Assembly: GCA_023261815.1 (NCBI GenBank)
Contig: JALNKA010000008.1
Span: forward strand, 1-43,168
Direction: 5' to 3'
Origin: Candidatus Wolframiiraptor sinensis
GTDB lineage: Archaea > Thermoproteota > Nitrososphaeria_A > Caldarchaeales > Wolframiiraptoraceae
DNA length: 43,168 bases
Positions 25,251 through 34,909 of the stretch are shown piece after piece. The notes beneath the pieces were generated by a model. It was not told the origin of the DNA, ran no database searches, and saw nothing but the letters and a program-made list of their open reading frames with translations. A program made the translations under genes and the position numbers. Position 1 is the stretch's first letter, and each line of letters opens with the position of its first letter.

Positions 25251-26854
25251 CTCCTCGCCAGCCGCATAATCTTCTCCCTGAACTCGAGCGGGCTTCTCGG
25301 CAGTATGAGCGGGGCTAAGACCCTGGCATACTTCGCATCCGCCGCCTCCTCGACGACGCTCACATCCCCGACCATCGTGTATCCCTTGATAATCCCAGAA
25401 ATGAATTCATCCTCACTCTCCGGCTTTAGGAATCTCGCCGAGTAGTATAAGAGCTCGGCCAAATCCCAGGCATACGAGTCGTCATAGGAGCACTGCTCGA
25501 GATCGACGACGTAGATCCTGCCATCGGATGAGAGTAGGAAGTTTGACGGATTGCAGTCTCCGATGCAGATGCCGTTTTCGTGAAGCCTGGCGAGGAGCTC
25601 GCCGATTTCACGAGCTAGCTCCGCGAGGGTGGCACCCGAGGAGCTTCTCAGGAGGCTCATGAGATCGGAAGCCTCGACGAACTTCTGGAACAGTATTTTC
25701 TCGGACCAGTTCACGTGAAGTATCTCGGCCGTGTTGAAGCCGAGATCCATGAGCTTGTTCACGAAGTATATCTCGTTGCCCATCCTGATCGAGGCGAGGA
25801 GCGAGAAGTTCTTGACGCCTATGGCCCACAGCCAGGCCGCAACCCACTTGAAATCAGTCCAGTTGAGATACTTCTTCGCGAAGATTTTAGTCCGCGCGCC
25901 ATTCAAGGTGAACTCGATGATGTAGGCGGAATTCAGGACGCTCGCAGCCCTCCTGATCCTAATCTTATCCGGCTCAGCGCCGTAGAAGGCCTCGACGAAA
26001 TCCTTGAGCCCGAGCTCCACGTTGAGGGGCTGAGGCCCCAGGGCGGTCTCCCTCTCCACATATCTCGACGGCTCCGGGAGCTTCACGGGCTTTAGTATCA
26101 TGGGGTCGAGGGCGAGCTCCCTAAGATGCTCTATCGGCGATGATAGGCTGGCGCTGAGATACAGCTTGAAGGAGTGCTCGAGCTCACTTGAGAGCTTCAT
26201 GAATGCCGAGGACCTGGATAGCGTCGAGAGCACGTATTTCTCGCTGGGTGTATAGCGCCCATTCCTCCTGATGAGGATGCCCTGAGAGACCAGCTCGCCC
26301 AAAGCTCGCTCATAGCCCTGGAGAACCAATTTAAGCGAATCGGCGAGATGAGCCTGAAAGCAGGATTTAACGAGCCTTCTAGCGGGGAGATTTATAGCTG
26401 AAAGCTTCCTAAGCTTATCGAAGAGAAAATACTCAGCTCTTATCAGGAGGCGGCTTGAGGCGAGCCGATAATCGAGAATCAAGTTCTGAAGCGACTCCAT
26501 GATCACGTGCCTCTTGTACTCCACCTCAGCCGCATCCAGAGCCAGATCTCCCGACACCAGCCTATATGGAAAGAGTAGTAGCGATGCTATCGCCCCGCCG
26601 AATCGCTCTTCCCTGCAATCCGCCTCAAAATTCCCCTCACCAACGGTAATCACCAGATCCGCCTGTCTGAATTCCCTAAGCCTCTGAAATCTCGGAGGAG
26701 CTTCTCCCCTCAGGACGACCAGCACTTGATATGGCTCATTCTCGTGGCCGAGAGCTATTGCCCCATGCACACTCAGAGATCTCACGCTATTCTCTCTCAT
26801 TTTCAGGCAGCTCATCACTCGCTCAGCAACCTCATTCAACAATTCTTCCGGCAA
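25247..26854 (-). CDS. Multi-domain protein with C-terminal atypical (Bud32/Kdo/RIO-like) kinase domain
   Basis: FAKKY, LARLHENGICIGDCNPSNF, YVVDLEQ, WDLAELL; about 280-aa uncharacterised N-terminal region. Confidence 0.75.
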   Translation of the reverse strand: MPEELLNEVAERVMSCLKMRENSVRSLSVHGAIALGHENEPYQVLVVLRGEAPPRFQRLREFRQADLVITVGEGNFEADCREERFGGAIASLLLFPYRLVSGDLALDAAEVEYKRHVIMESLQNLILDYRLASSRLLIRAEYFLFDKLRKLSAINLPARRLVKSCFQAHLADSLKLVLQGYERALGELVSQGILIRRNGRYTPSEKYVLSTLSRSSAFMKLSSELEHSFKLYLSASLSSPIEHLRELALDPMILKPVKLPEPSRYVERETALGPQPLNVELGLKDFVEAFYGAEPDKIRIRRAASVLNSAYIIEFTLNGARTKIFAKKYLNWTDFKWVAAWLWAIGVKNFSLLASIRMGNEIYFVNKLMDLGFNTAEILHVNWSEKILFQKFVEASDLMSLLRSSSGATLAELAREIGELLARLHENGICIGDCNPSNFLLSSDGRIYVVDLEQCSYDDSYAWDLAELLYYSARFLKPESEDEFISGIIKGYTMVGDVSVVEEAADAKYARVLAPLILPRSPLEFREKIMRLARR

Positions 26855-26938
26855 TTCTCAGAATGAGATTATCCAGCGTCCTCATTAATCCTCTTCGCGC
26901 AATCTTTATTTTCTCAGCCTTCTAAATCATCGGTCGGC

Positions 26939-28270
26939 TTGAAGCCGGAGAAGATTTGCAAGCTCGTGATATCGGAGGCTCTTAGACGCGGCGCAACGGA
27001 TGCCGTCGCGGAGGTTTATGTCGGCCAAGAGTGCATGATAAAGTTCGCCAACAACGCTGTGGTGGCCGCCGAGAATCGAGACATAAGCAATATTAACATA
27101 TTCATCGCGATAGAGGGAAGGAGAGCGGCAACTTCGATCGAAGGGCTCAGCCCGCAACGAGCGAAGGAAGCCGTGGAGAAGGCGATCCAGCTGGCGAGGC
27201 TCACGCCCCCGACGGATGTCTACGCACCGCTCCCAAAAGGCCCCTTCAAATACGATGATAAGCTGCTGAGGGGTTCTAGGATCCCAGGAGACCCCGATGC
27301 GCTAATAGATCATGTTAATGCCGCGATAAACGCGGCTCTATCCGCGGGGGCCAAGATGGCTGCAGGAAGCCTCATCTACACGCGGGGGAAAACCTGGCTT
27401 CTGACGAGCGGCGAGGCCGGCGGAAGCTATGAAGGCTCCATGATCGAGCTCTCGATCCGGGCGCTCGCAGCCGATAATGCCACCGGCCACTTCGTCTCGA
27501 TAGCATCTAAGCAGGAGGACTTTAAGCCCGAGGAAGCTGGGAGAAGGGCGGGCGAGTTCGCGGCGATGGCTGTGAACCCTGTGGATGCCGAGCCAGGCGT
27601 CTACGAGGCCCTCTTGGGGCCAATGACATTCGCGAATCTCGTCGAGGAAGTCGGCGAACATGACTCCGCATTTCACATCGACTCAGGGCTATCATTCCTA
27701 GCTGATAAGATTGGTGAAAGCGTTGCATCAAAGAAGTTCACGTTAATTGATGATCCGACGATCCAGGGGACGCCGGGGGCGAGACCGTTCGATGATGAGG
27801 GGCTGCCGACGAGGAGAAACGTGATAATCGATAAGGGAGTCCTCAGAACTTACCTCCATAACTCCATGACCGCGAGGAAATTTAATGCGGAGACGACGGC
27901 GAATGCAGGGCTAATAGTCCCGCACCCATTCAACCTCATCGTGGAGGGTGGAGATGGAAGTCTCGAAAAGCTCATCTCTAGCATAGACGACGGAGTATTC
28001 GTCACGAATGACTGGTATCTCCGATACCAGAATTATCGGACCGGCGACTTCTCAACGATCCCAAGGGACGCGCTACTTAGAATACGGAGGGGGAGCATAG
28101 AGGGCGCGATCAAGGGGCTGAGGATAAGCGACAACATCATAAGAGTCTTCAGGAATATACGGGAGCTGAGCCAGGAGCGCTACTGGATATTATGGTGGGA
28201 GGTTGATACGCCAATCTACGCGCCCTACGCCGTGATAGATAAGCTGAACTTCACGCGGCCCACATCGTGA
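26939..28270 (+). CDS. TldD/PmbA family protein (PmbA/TldE-like)
   Basis: IKFANN, DDPT..G.RPFDDEG.PT, YLHN, TTANAG; no HEAxGH catalytic motif seen. Confidence 0.88.
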   Translation: MKPEKICKLVISEALRRGATDAVAEVYVGQECMIKFANNAVVAAENRDISNINIFIAIEGRRAATSIEGLSPQRAKEAVEKAIQLARLTPPTDVYAPLPKGPFKYDDKLLRGSRIPGDPDALIDHVNAAINAALSAGAKMAAGSLIYTRGKTWLLTSGEAGGSYEGSMIELSIRALAADNATGHFVSIASKQEDFKPEEAGRRAGEFAAMAVNPVDAEPGVYEALLGPMTFANLVEEVGEHDSAFHIDSGLSFLADKIGESVASKKFTLIDDPTIQGTPGARPFDDEGLPTRRNVIIDKGVLRTYLHNSMTARKFNAETTANAGLIVPHPFNLIVEGGDGSLEKLISSIDDGVFVTNDWYLRYQNYRTGDFSTIPRDALLRIRRGSIEGAIKGLRISDNIIRVFRNIRELSQERYWILWWEVDTPIYAPYAVIDKLNFTRPTS

Positions 28271-28281
28271 AAGAGGATCCG

Positions 28282-29091
28282 CTAAGTGCTCAGATCCTCC
28301 ACGTTCCTATACCAAGGCTTGGATACTCCTATCTTGGCGCGCTTAACCCAGTTTTTCGTCTTCTCAGAGCCCTCGATCGCCATCCTGAGCCTCCCAATAT
28401 TCTGGAGAACCTTCTCGGACTGATCGCGGCCAATCAATCCCTCATCCACGAATTTGCTCACAAAGCACTCCACCTTCCTCAGGTTCTCTAGAGCATCATA
28501 CCAGAAGCCCCAGTCATCTGACAACACGCGACCTATGTATCCCGCATCTATCACCTCTTTCCCGGCGGAATCGTCAACCTCATGCGTCATCAGGATTGCT
28601 ATCACGTCGATTATATCCTTCCTGTTTATGTGATGAATCTGTAGCTTCTCGAGAAGTAGGTCCGTCAGGCTTATGGTCGGGTAGTCGAGCTCGAGCCTCC
28701 CTTTCCCGGGCTCGCTACCAAAGAACACATCATGGCTGAACTCGAGCTTATCGAAGAATATGTCGACCTTCACGCCATCCCTGAAGAATATCATCCTCTT
28801 GTGGCCGAAAAGCGTGTTTATCATCCTATCCTCATCGAAGCTCAACTCCCTCATGAGATCCACTATCTGTTTCCGCTGCTTGCTGTAGGAGATGAAGTCC
28901 ACGTCCGTGAACATTGACCCTCCATCAACCCTTCCGGCACTCCTGATGAAGAGGATCACCTGCTCGTTTTCACGACAGTGGAGATATGTTGCCACTGCTC
29001 CAAGGATTCTGAGTATTATTCCCCGATCCTGAGCCGCCTCAACCACCTCAAGCGCCGTCCTTAAGATTTTTGAGGAGAACTCGTCCAGCAA
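28282..29091 (-). CDS. Putative nucleotidyltransferase (Pol-beta superfamily-like), function unknown
   Basis: LRILGAVA then TDVDF (G-[A/S]...DxD), KVDIF third Asp, and DLLLEKLQI..IN.KD..D. Confidence 0.65.
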   Translation of the reverse strand: MLDEFSSKILRTALEVVEAAQDRGIILRILGAVATYLHCRENEQVILFIRSAGRVDGGSMFTDVDFISYSKQRKQIVDLMRELSFDEDRMINTLFGHKRMIFFRDGVKVDIFFDKLEFSHDVFFGSEPGKGRLELDYPTISLTDLLLEKLQIHHINRKDIIDVIAILMTHEVDDSAGKEVIDAGYIGRVLSDDWGFWYDALENLRKVECFVSKFVDEGLIGRDQSEKVLQNIGRLRMAIEGSEKTKNWVKRAKIGVSKPWYRNVEDLST

Positions 29092-29448
29092 CGCCAGGCC
29101 TATAGCACCGGTATGCGGGATTTTTATAAGCTTATCTGCGCTTCCCCGAAGAATCTTAGGAAAAATAGGCCTTTCACGAAATATTCTTTACCAGTGGCGG
29201 GAGGGGGTGGGCGCCGCCATCTCACAGCTCCGGCTTAAACCCCACCACCAAGCAGCACTATCTCAATTTTTCCTCCAATTTACCCATACACCACTCTTTC
29301 CTCGAGATGGGGCCGCCTCGATTTTGTCGACGCCTTTTCATCCCGGTATGCATTATGGCTGAAGATAGTTTGTTGAGAAATGTAAGCTTATAAGCTTATA
29401 TCTGATTGATGAAAGATTGATCGATTAATGTAAAGGGTTTCCGAGTAT

Positions 29449-30762
29449 TTGGAGAGGGAGGAGCGCGTCATTGGGAAGGTTATTGGCATAAGATTTTACC
29501 CCATAGTTGTTGAGAGAGCTTCGGGCTCGAGGGTTTGGGACGTAGATGGACGGGAATATGTTGATTTCTCGTCCCAATGGGCTGTAATGAATCTCGGGCA
29601 TAATCACCCGGATGTGATCAAGGCCGTAAAAGATCAGATGGAGAAGCTGATATTCTCTTCCCACACCACTTTCCCGAACACCGCAGCGATCCAATTGGCC
29701 GAGAAACTCGTAGAGCTTGCTCCCGGCGATTTCAAGAAAAAGGTTTGGTTCGGCTTAACGGGCTCAGATGCCAACGAGTTCATCTACAAGATTATGCCGA
29801 TCTACAACGGTAGGAGGAGGATACTGGGGTTCCAAGGATCCTATCATGGCCAAACAATGGGGGCGCTAAGCTTATCGGGGCATAAATCGCTAGCGAGGTT
29901 CATCGGGTTCCCAAATGTCGTGAAAGCCCCCTATCCATATTGCTACAGGTGCCCATTTAAGCAGCATTATCCTGAATGCGGATTGCTGTGCCTAGACTTC
30001 ATAGAAGGCAATGTCATGGAAAACGCGCCCGCCGACGATTTGTCCGCAGCAATCATCGAGCCCGTGCAGAGTGATGGCGGCGTAATCGTCCCACCACCAG
30101 AGTTTATTCCAAAATTCTACAGAATTTGTAAGGATAAAGGGGTAAGCTTCATCGTGGATGAGGTCAAGGTTGGCTTCGGTAGGACGGGTAGATTCTTCGC
30201 CATAGAGCACTACGACGTGGCGCCTGACGCGATCTCGATGGCGAAGCCCATGGCCTCCGGATTCCCTCTTAGCGCCGTCGTCGGCAGGGCTGAGATCTTG
30301 GACGCCGCTGCGGCGGCACACCTATTCACGAGCAGCGCGCATCCCATCAGCTGCGCTGCCTCTCTTGCCACCATAAACACGATAATGAAGGATGGAATCC
30401 TCGAGAAGGCTAGCAGAATGGGGTCATTCCTGATGAAACGGTTCAAGGAAATGAGTGAAGCCCATGAATTGATAGGCGATGTCAGGGGCAGTGGGATGAT
30501 CCTGGGAATCGAGCTCGTTAAGGATAGAAGGACCCGCATCCCCGCGACATTTGAAACTGCTTGCCTCGTTTACAGGGCATTTGAGCTCGGATTATTGGTC
30601 ACCTATGTTGGAGCATATTCAAACGTTGTCGAGATCACCCCGCCGCTGACCATGAGCATCGAGGACGCGGAGAAGGGGCTGGAGATATTTGAGAAGGCGC
30701 TGGACGATGTCGAGAAGGATAGAGTTGATAAGATGAAGGTTAGGAGGTTTGCCGGCTGGTAA
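29449..30762 (+). CDS. Class III PLP aminotransferase (GABA/ornithine aminotransferase or racemase-like)
   Basis: WDVDGREYVDF, GHNHP, GSYHG, EPVQSDGG, DEVKVGFGRTG, AKPMASGFPL. Confidence 0.9.
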   Translation: MEREERVIGKVIGIRFYPIVVERASGSRVWDVDGREYVDFSSQWAVMNLGHNHPDVIKAVKDQMEKLIFSSHTTFPNTAAIQLAEKLVELAPGDFKKKVWFGLTGSDANEFIYKIMPIYNGRRRILGFQGSYHGQTMGALSLSGHKSLARFIGFPNVVKAPYPYCYRCPFKQHYPECGLLCLDFIEGNVMENAPADDLSAAIIEPVQSDGGVIVPPPEFIPKFYRICKDKGVSFIVDEVKVGFGRTGRFFAIEHYDVAPDAISMAKPMASGFPLSAVVGRAEILDAAAAAHLFTSSAHPISCAASLATINTIMKDGILEKASRMGSFLMKRFKEMSEAHELIGDVRGSGMILGIELVKDRRTRIPATFETACLVYRAFELGLLVTYVGAYSNVVEITPPLTMSIEDAEKGLEIFEKALDDVEKDRVDKMKVRRFAGW

Positions 30763-31717
30763 ACGGTATATACGGGCTACCATTATCCCATATCTCGATT
30801 CTCAGCCCCCTCTCCGATAAAAATCGCTTAACCTCTTCCTCGAAGTCCGCAGGAGTTATTACTATTATCCCGCCCTCCCTGCCATCCCGCCTGAGGAGAG
30901 CTCGTCTAACGAGCTCTGCGGGCTGAAGATGCACACCATACTTCCCATAAGTTTCCCTCACGATTATCAGCTGCCTATCATCAACCTCTATCAAACCTCC
31001 GCACCCAACATAATGCCCAACCCCCTCTCTAAAGATTTCTTGGAATTCCTCTCCCAGCAATAGCTTCTCAGAGAGCCTCGGGATTCTCTCCGAGTCCAGC
31101 AGGTGCTTCGTGTTTAGATTCAGTATGAATTGAGCATCATATTCCTCCGCTCTCCTTAGTAGGTCCAAGAATGAGTTCATCTTTTCCCTCGTTAAGAGGT
31201 CGCCCTCGATTTTGCTGAATGTCTTCACCGGGATCGCCTTGAACTTGGACATGCTTATCTCCTGGATTGCGTAAATAACCCCTTCGGGGCTGGCTCCAAG
31301 CTCCTGAGGCTTTAGAGTTGTTGGAAGATCATCGAATCTATACCATATGCTCCTGTTCTCCCTAATGACTTCTTCAGCCTCCTCCTTCGATAAGCATGCT
31401 ATCTCGCGCTTCAGCGCTCTCAACCTCTCTAGATCTCGCGGATCAACATTTACCCTAGCGAGGTATGCAACGTAATCTTGATCCACGATCTCGCTTTTAT
31501 GAAGCCTGTAGCCCAGCCCTCTCAAGATGTAGGCGGCGGCGAACGCTCCACAGAAATTCTCCTTCTGATCAAGCTCACTGACGTATTCCCTGTGAATCTC
31601 GAGGTAGTGCGGCGTCGGGTACGCCCTTATTCTACCACCGAGTGCTCGTAGCACCCTCTCCACATCAACGTCCTTCAGCGTGCCCAGGATATCCTCGAGC
31701 TTAAAATGCCGGGACAT
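30740..31717 (-). CDS. Uncharacterised protein with a candidate papain-like/C39-like Cys-His dyad
   Basis: QKENFCGAF (Q-x4-C-G), GHYVG, VRETY, HLQP; overlaps the end of the GS-like gene. Confidence 0.6.
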   Translation of the reverse strand: MSRHFKLEDILGTLKDVDVERVLRALGGRIRAYPTPHYLEIHREYVSELDQKENFCGAFAAAYILRGLGYRLHKSEIVDQDYVAYLARVNVDPRDLERLRALKREIACLSKEEAEEVIRENRSIWYRFDDLPTTLKPQELGASPEGVIYAIQEISMSKFKAIPVKTFSKIEGDLLTREKMNSFLDLLRRAEEYDAQFILNLNTKHLLDSERIPRLSEKLLLGEEFQEIFREGVGHYVGCGGLIEVDDRQLIIVRETYGKYGVHLQPAELVRRALLRRDGREGGIIVITPADFEEEVKRFLSERGLRIEIWDNGSPYIPFTSRQTS

Positions 31718-33077
31718 AGTTCTTAATCTCCCACGGGCTCACGTATCGGTCATACATGTCGCATTCAAACTTCTTAATCTTGATGTATTCTTCAATGAGG
31801 TCGGGGCCCAGCTCAGCTTTGAGATAGCTGTCTCGTCCGAGGAAGCTCAAAGCCTCTCTTAAGCTCCCTGGAAGCAGCTCGATATTCCTTCTAGCCCGCT
31901 CCTCCTCCGAAAGCTTGTATGCGTCGACATTAACCGGCTCCCCAGGTTCCATCTCCTCCCTGATGCCGTGCACTCCAGCCGCCAGGGTCGCCGCCAGAGC
32001 TAGATATGGATTCGCCGCGGGATCCGGAGTCCTGAACTCTATTCTCATGTTGCTCTCCTCTTTGCCAACCCTAGCCGTAGGTATTCTTATCGCCGCGGAC
32101 CTGTTATTGTAGCCGTAACATATGTTCGACGGCGCCCATGAGCCGGGTATAAGCCTCTTATACGAGTTCACTGTCGGGGCGACGATAGCCGATAGGGCCT
32201 TCATGTGATGCAGTATTCCTCCTATGAAATGGTATGCCATCTTGGAGAGGTTTAGCCCCCGCTTATCATTCTTGTCGTAGAAGGCGTTTCTGCCCGTTTT
32301 TGAGTTTAGGGCGCTTATGTGGAGGTGCATGCCGCTTCCCGCGTGCCAGTCGAATGGCTTCGCGATGAACGTTGCCACTAGCCCGTGTTTAGCCGCCACA
32401 CCTTTCGCGGCATCCCTCAAGACCACCACATCATCAGCCGCTCTTAGCGCATCCCGATGCCTCATAACTATCTCCAGCTGTCCCGGCCCATACTCCTTGA
32501 TGAACCTCACGACGGATATGCCGGATGCCTTGAGAGCGTTGATGATCTCCAAGGTTATGTCTCCAAGAGTATCGTAGCCGACGGTCGAGAAGCATCTGGC
32601 CCAATCCACTGGTTCAATCTTATCCGGAGCCACCTGCCTCAATACGTAGAACTCGATCTCGGCAGCGCTTTGGAAGGACACGCCGATCTCCTCCTGATAC
32701 TTTCTCAAGAGCCTCCTGAGAAGGCTGCGAGTGCAGAAATCCCACTCTCCCCCATCCCTCAGCCTCATGTCGCAAATCACCCTACCCTGACCATGTGAGT
32801 AGGTTACCGGGGAAAAGGTCTCCAGATCCGGGACTAGGAAGATATCTTCCGACTCCGGGCCGAATCTCGGCTCGGCCAAGATCGTGTCGAGAGCCGTGAA
32901 GGACTGCATCGCCATTGTTAATCCTATGCCGTGCATCAGATGATCCGCGAGCTCGTCGAGATACGAGGCCTTCGCCCTCAAGACTCCATCCAATCCAACG
33001 TAGATGAATCTTACGAGCTGGATGCCATTTCTCCTAGCGGCCTCAATAACCTCTTCCAGCTTGCTCATATAGTCCAC
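31701..33077 (-). CDS. Glutamine synthetase-like gamma-glutamyl-amine ligase (PuuA/GlnA3-4-like)
   Basis: EIEFY, EYGPGQLE, KPF..AGSGMHLHIS, NSYKRL, NRSAAIR, RIEFR..D..ANPYLA. Lacks the GS DGSS motif and has GSWAP instead of GYEAP. Confidence 0.88.
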   Translation of the reverse strand: MDYMSKLEEVIEAARRNGIQLVRFIYVGLDGVLRAKASYLDELADHLMHGIGLTMAMQSFTALDTILAEPRFGPESEDIFLVPDLETFSPVTYSHGQGRVICDMRLRDGGEWDFCTRSLLRRLLRKYQEEIGVSFQSAAEIEFYVLRQVAPDKIEPVDWARCFSTVGYDTLGDITLEIINALKASGISVVRFIKEYGPGQLEIVMRHRDALRAADDVVVLRDAAKGVAAKHGLVATFIAKPFDWHAGSGMHLHISALNSKTGRNAFYDKNDKRGLNLSKMAYHFIGGILHHMKALSAIVAPTVNSYKRLIPGSWAPSNICYGYNNRSAAIRIPTARVGKEESNMRIEFRTPDPAANPYLALAATLAAGVHGIREEMEPGEPVNVDAYKLSEEERARRNIELLPGSLREALSFLGRDSYLKAELGPDLIEEYIKIKKFECDMYDRYVSPWEIKNYVPAF

Positions 33078-33116
33078 GCTTCTCGAGCAAGCTAATTAAC
33101 TTTTAAGAAAAACGGC

Positions 33117-33129
33117 TTTTCGACGAAAA
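33117..33129. promoter_or_regulatory. Palindrome TTTTCG-A-CGAAAA in the divergent GS-like/permease promoter
   Basis: Perfect 6-bp arms; imperfect second copy CTTTCGTCAAAAT at 33147-33159, just before a TTTATATA box. Confidence 0.5.
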
Positions 33130-33191
33130 ATGTTCGGCAAATGCAGCTTTCGTCAAAATTTTTATATATGGCTGTAGGCCGCCTCTAACCC

Positions 33192-34850
33192 GTGAGTTCT
33201 GACGAGATAGTTTTCGTTAGAAGAACCTCGGGGCTTGTTAAGGAGATCGGCGCGTTCTCCGTGATGGCCATGGCCGCTAACTACGTTATAGCTGATGGAT
33301 TCTACCTCTTCGCGGCCGGTCAGGGATACTATGCTCCCGGAGCGAATATACCCCTTGCGCTGCTCATCGGCGGGATAATAATGGCCCTGGCCGCGTTCGC
33401 CGTCGTCCTGCTGACCATGGCCATGCCTAGGACGGCCTCCGACTATGTGGGCATCTCTAGGACTCTTCATCCGCTACTTGGATACGTGGAGGCCCTGCTA
33501 GTCTTCGGCGTGCACATCTGGATCGTCGGCGCATTATCCTTCTTCATGGCCTGGTTCTGGGGCAGTGCGATAATCCAGATAGGATTAGCGATACACGATA
33601 GTGGCCTAGTAGCTCTGGGAGAATGGCTCTCCACCGATCTAACGGCATCCGTGGCCCTCGGGATAATATTCGTGCTGGTATTCGGCGTCATCAGCTTGCT
33701 CGGGATAAGGGTCTACAAGTACGTCGTTAATGCGCTATTCCTAGTGGCGCTGGCGGCTGGAGTGGCCACGATAGCCGGAGCAGCCTATGCCGCGACATTA
33801 TCTCCGGGCCAGATAAAGCATTTGTGGGATATGACTTATGGCGCCGGAGCATATGATGAGATAATGAGGGTTGCGGAGGCATCGGGGTGGAGGGAGTACG
33901 TTGCGTCGGTTTCGGGCGATCCGCTTACCTGGGGCTGGCCGGGCCCATGGTCGCTCGGCGTAACGCTCTCGCTCAGCCTGGTGATCTCGGCATATGCTTT
34001 CTGGGGGCTCGAGTACGCAAACTACATGGCCGGAGAGATAGATAGGCCGAAGAGAAACTTCCTCTTGGGAGTCGTCGGCGCAATCGTGCTCGTCTTCGCA
34101 TACTACCTCTCGATATCATCCCTAACTCTCATGGGCTTCAGGGAGTTCTTCTCGGCCTATGAATACGTGATGTACACGGAGTCGGCTTACAGCCAGCTCA
34201 CGATCAACCCCGTTCAGACGCCGACTTGGGCCGTCTTCATAGCTTCACTTTTCGGAGGCTGGGCCCCGATACTCGCCGTGATCATTACACTCGCGGTCCC
34301 CCTATGGGTGATGAACGGGATCCCCGTATACATGATGGTCCCCTCGAGAATAGCATTCGCCCTAGCATTCGATAGATTCTTCCCAGAGAAGCTCGCGGAG
34401 GTTAATGAAAGGTTTAGAACGCCGCACTGGTCCATAGCTCTGGTAATGGCCGGCGCCATAGTAATGATATTCGTCTTGGCATCGCCGGAATACGGGCCAC
34501 TCTTCTACGCGATCACAGCAGTCACGGCTGTGGCGGTCAGGTGGTTCCTCTCAGCCGTGGCCACGACAATCCTGCCATACAGGAGGCCGGAGATCTATAA
34601 GGAAGGCTATACCAAGACGATTGGAGGGGTTCCGGTGATGTCGATAGTCGGCGGCGCAGCGGTAATAGCGACACTCGCTCTCCTGATACTTGGCTTACAG
34701 CAAGTGGCCGCGGACGTGACGCTCGTGTCGCCGTTGTGGATGATAGGCTGGACCCTGCTAGCGGTGGCGCTTTATGCCTACTACAGCTGGGCTAATAGGA
34801 AGAAGGGCATAGACGTGAGGAAGATATTCGGCACGATACCACCAGCCTAA
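33192..34850 (+). CDS. APC superfamily amino acid/polyamine permease
   Basis: FVRRTSGLVKE, AMPRTASDY, YMAGEI..P, SRIAFALAFD..FP, N.RFRTP; about 12 or more hydrophobic segments. Confidence 0.9.
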   Translation: MSSDEIVFVRRTSGLVKEIGAFSVMAMAANYVIADGFYLFAAGQGYYAPGANIPLALLIGGIIMALAAFAVVLLTMAMPRTASDYVGISRTLHPLLGYVEALLVFGVHIWIVGALSFFMAWFWGSAIIQIGLAIHDSGLVALGEWLSTDLTASVALGIIFVLVFGVISLLGIRVYKYVVNALFLVALAAGVATIAGAAYAATLSPGQIKHLWDMTYGAGAYDEIMRVAEASGWREYVASVSGDPLTWGWPGPWSLGVTLSLSLVISAYAFWGLEYANYMAGEIDRPKRNFLLGVVGAIVLVFAYYLSISSLTLMGFREFFSAYEYVMYTESAYSQLTINPVQTPTWAVFIASLFGGWAPILAVIITLAVPLWVMNGIPVYMMVPSRIAFALAFDRFFPEKLAEVNERFRTPHWSIALVMAGAIVMIFVLASPEYGPLFYAITAVTAVAVRWFLSAVATTILPYRRPEIYKEGYTKTIGGVPVMSIVGGAAVIATLALLILGLQQVAADVTLVSPLWMIGWTLLAVALYAYYSWANRKKGIDVRKIFGTIPPA

Positions 34851-34909
34851 TCCGCGATGAGCCCCAGCCTTCCACCCTCCCCCAATTTTATAATGCCACG
34901 GGTTGGGAA

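Noticed and set aside
26939-28270. PmbA without an adjacent TldD as a novel system
   Set aside because: The partner may be encoded elsewhere; split tldD/pmbA genes are common.
29124-29404. TTATAAGCTTAT repeats and the TAAGCTTATAAGCTTA palindrome at both ends of a divergent promoter region
   Set aside because: ATAAGCT-type sequences recur around other likely TATA boxes in the window (e.g. ~13391, ~23288), so they are most simply promoter context.
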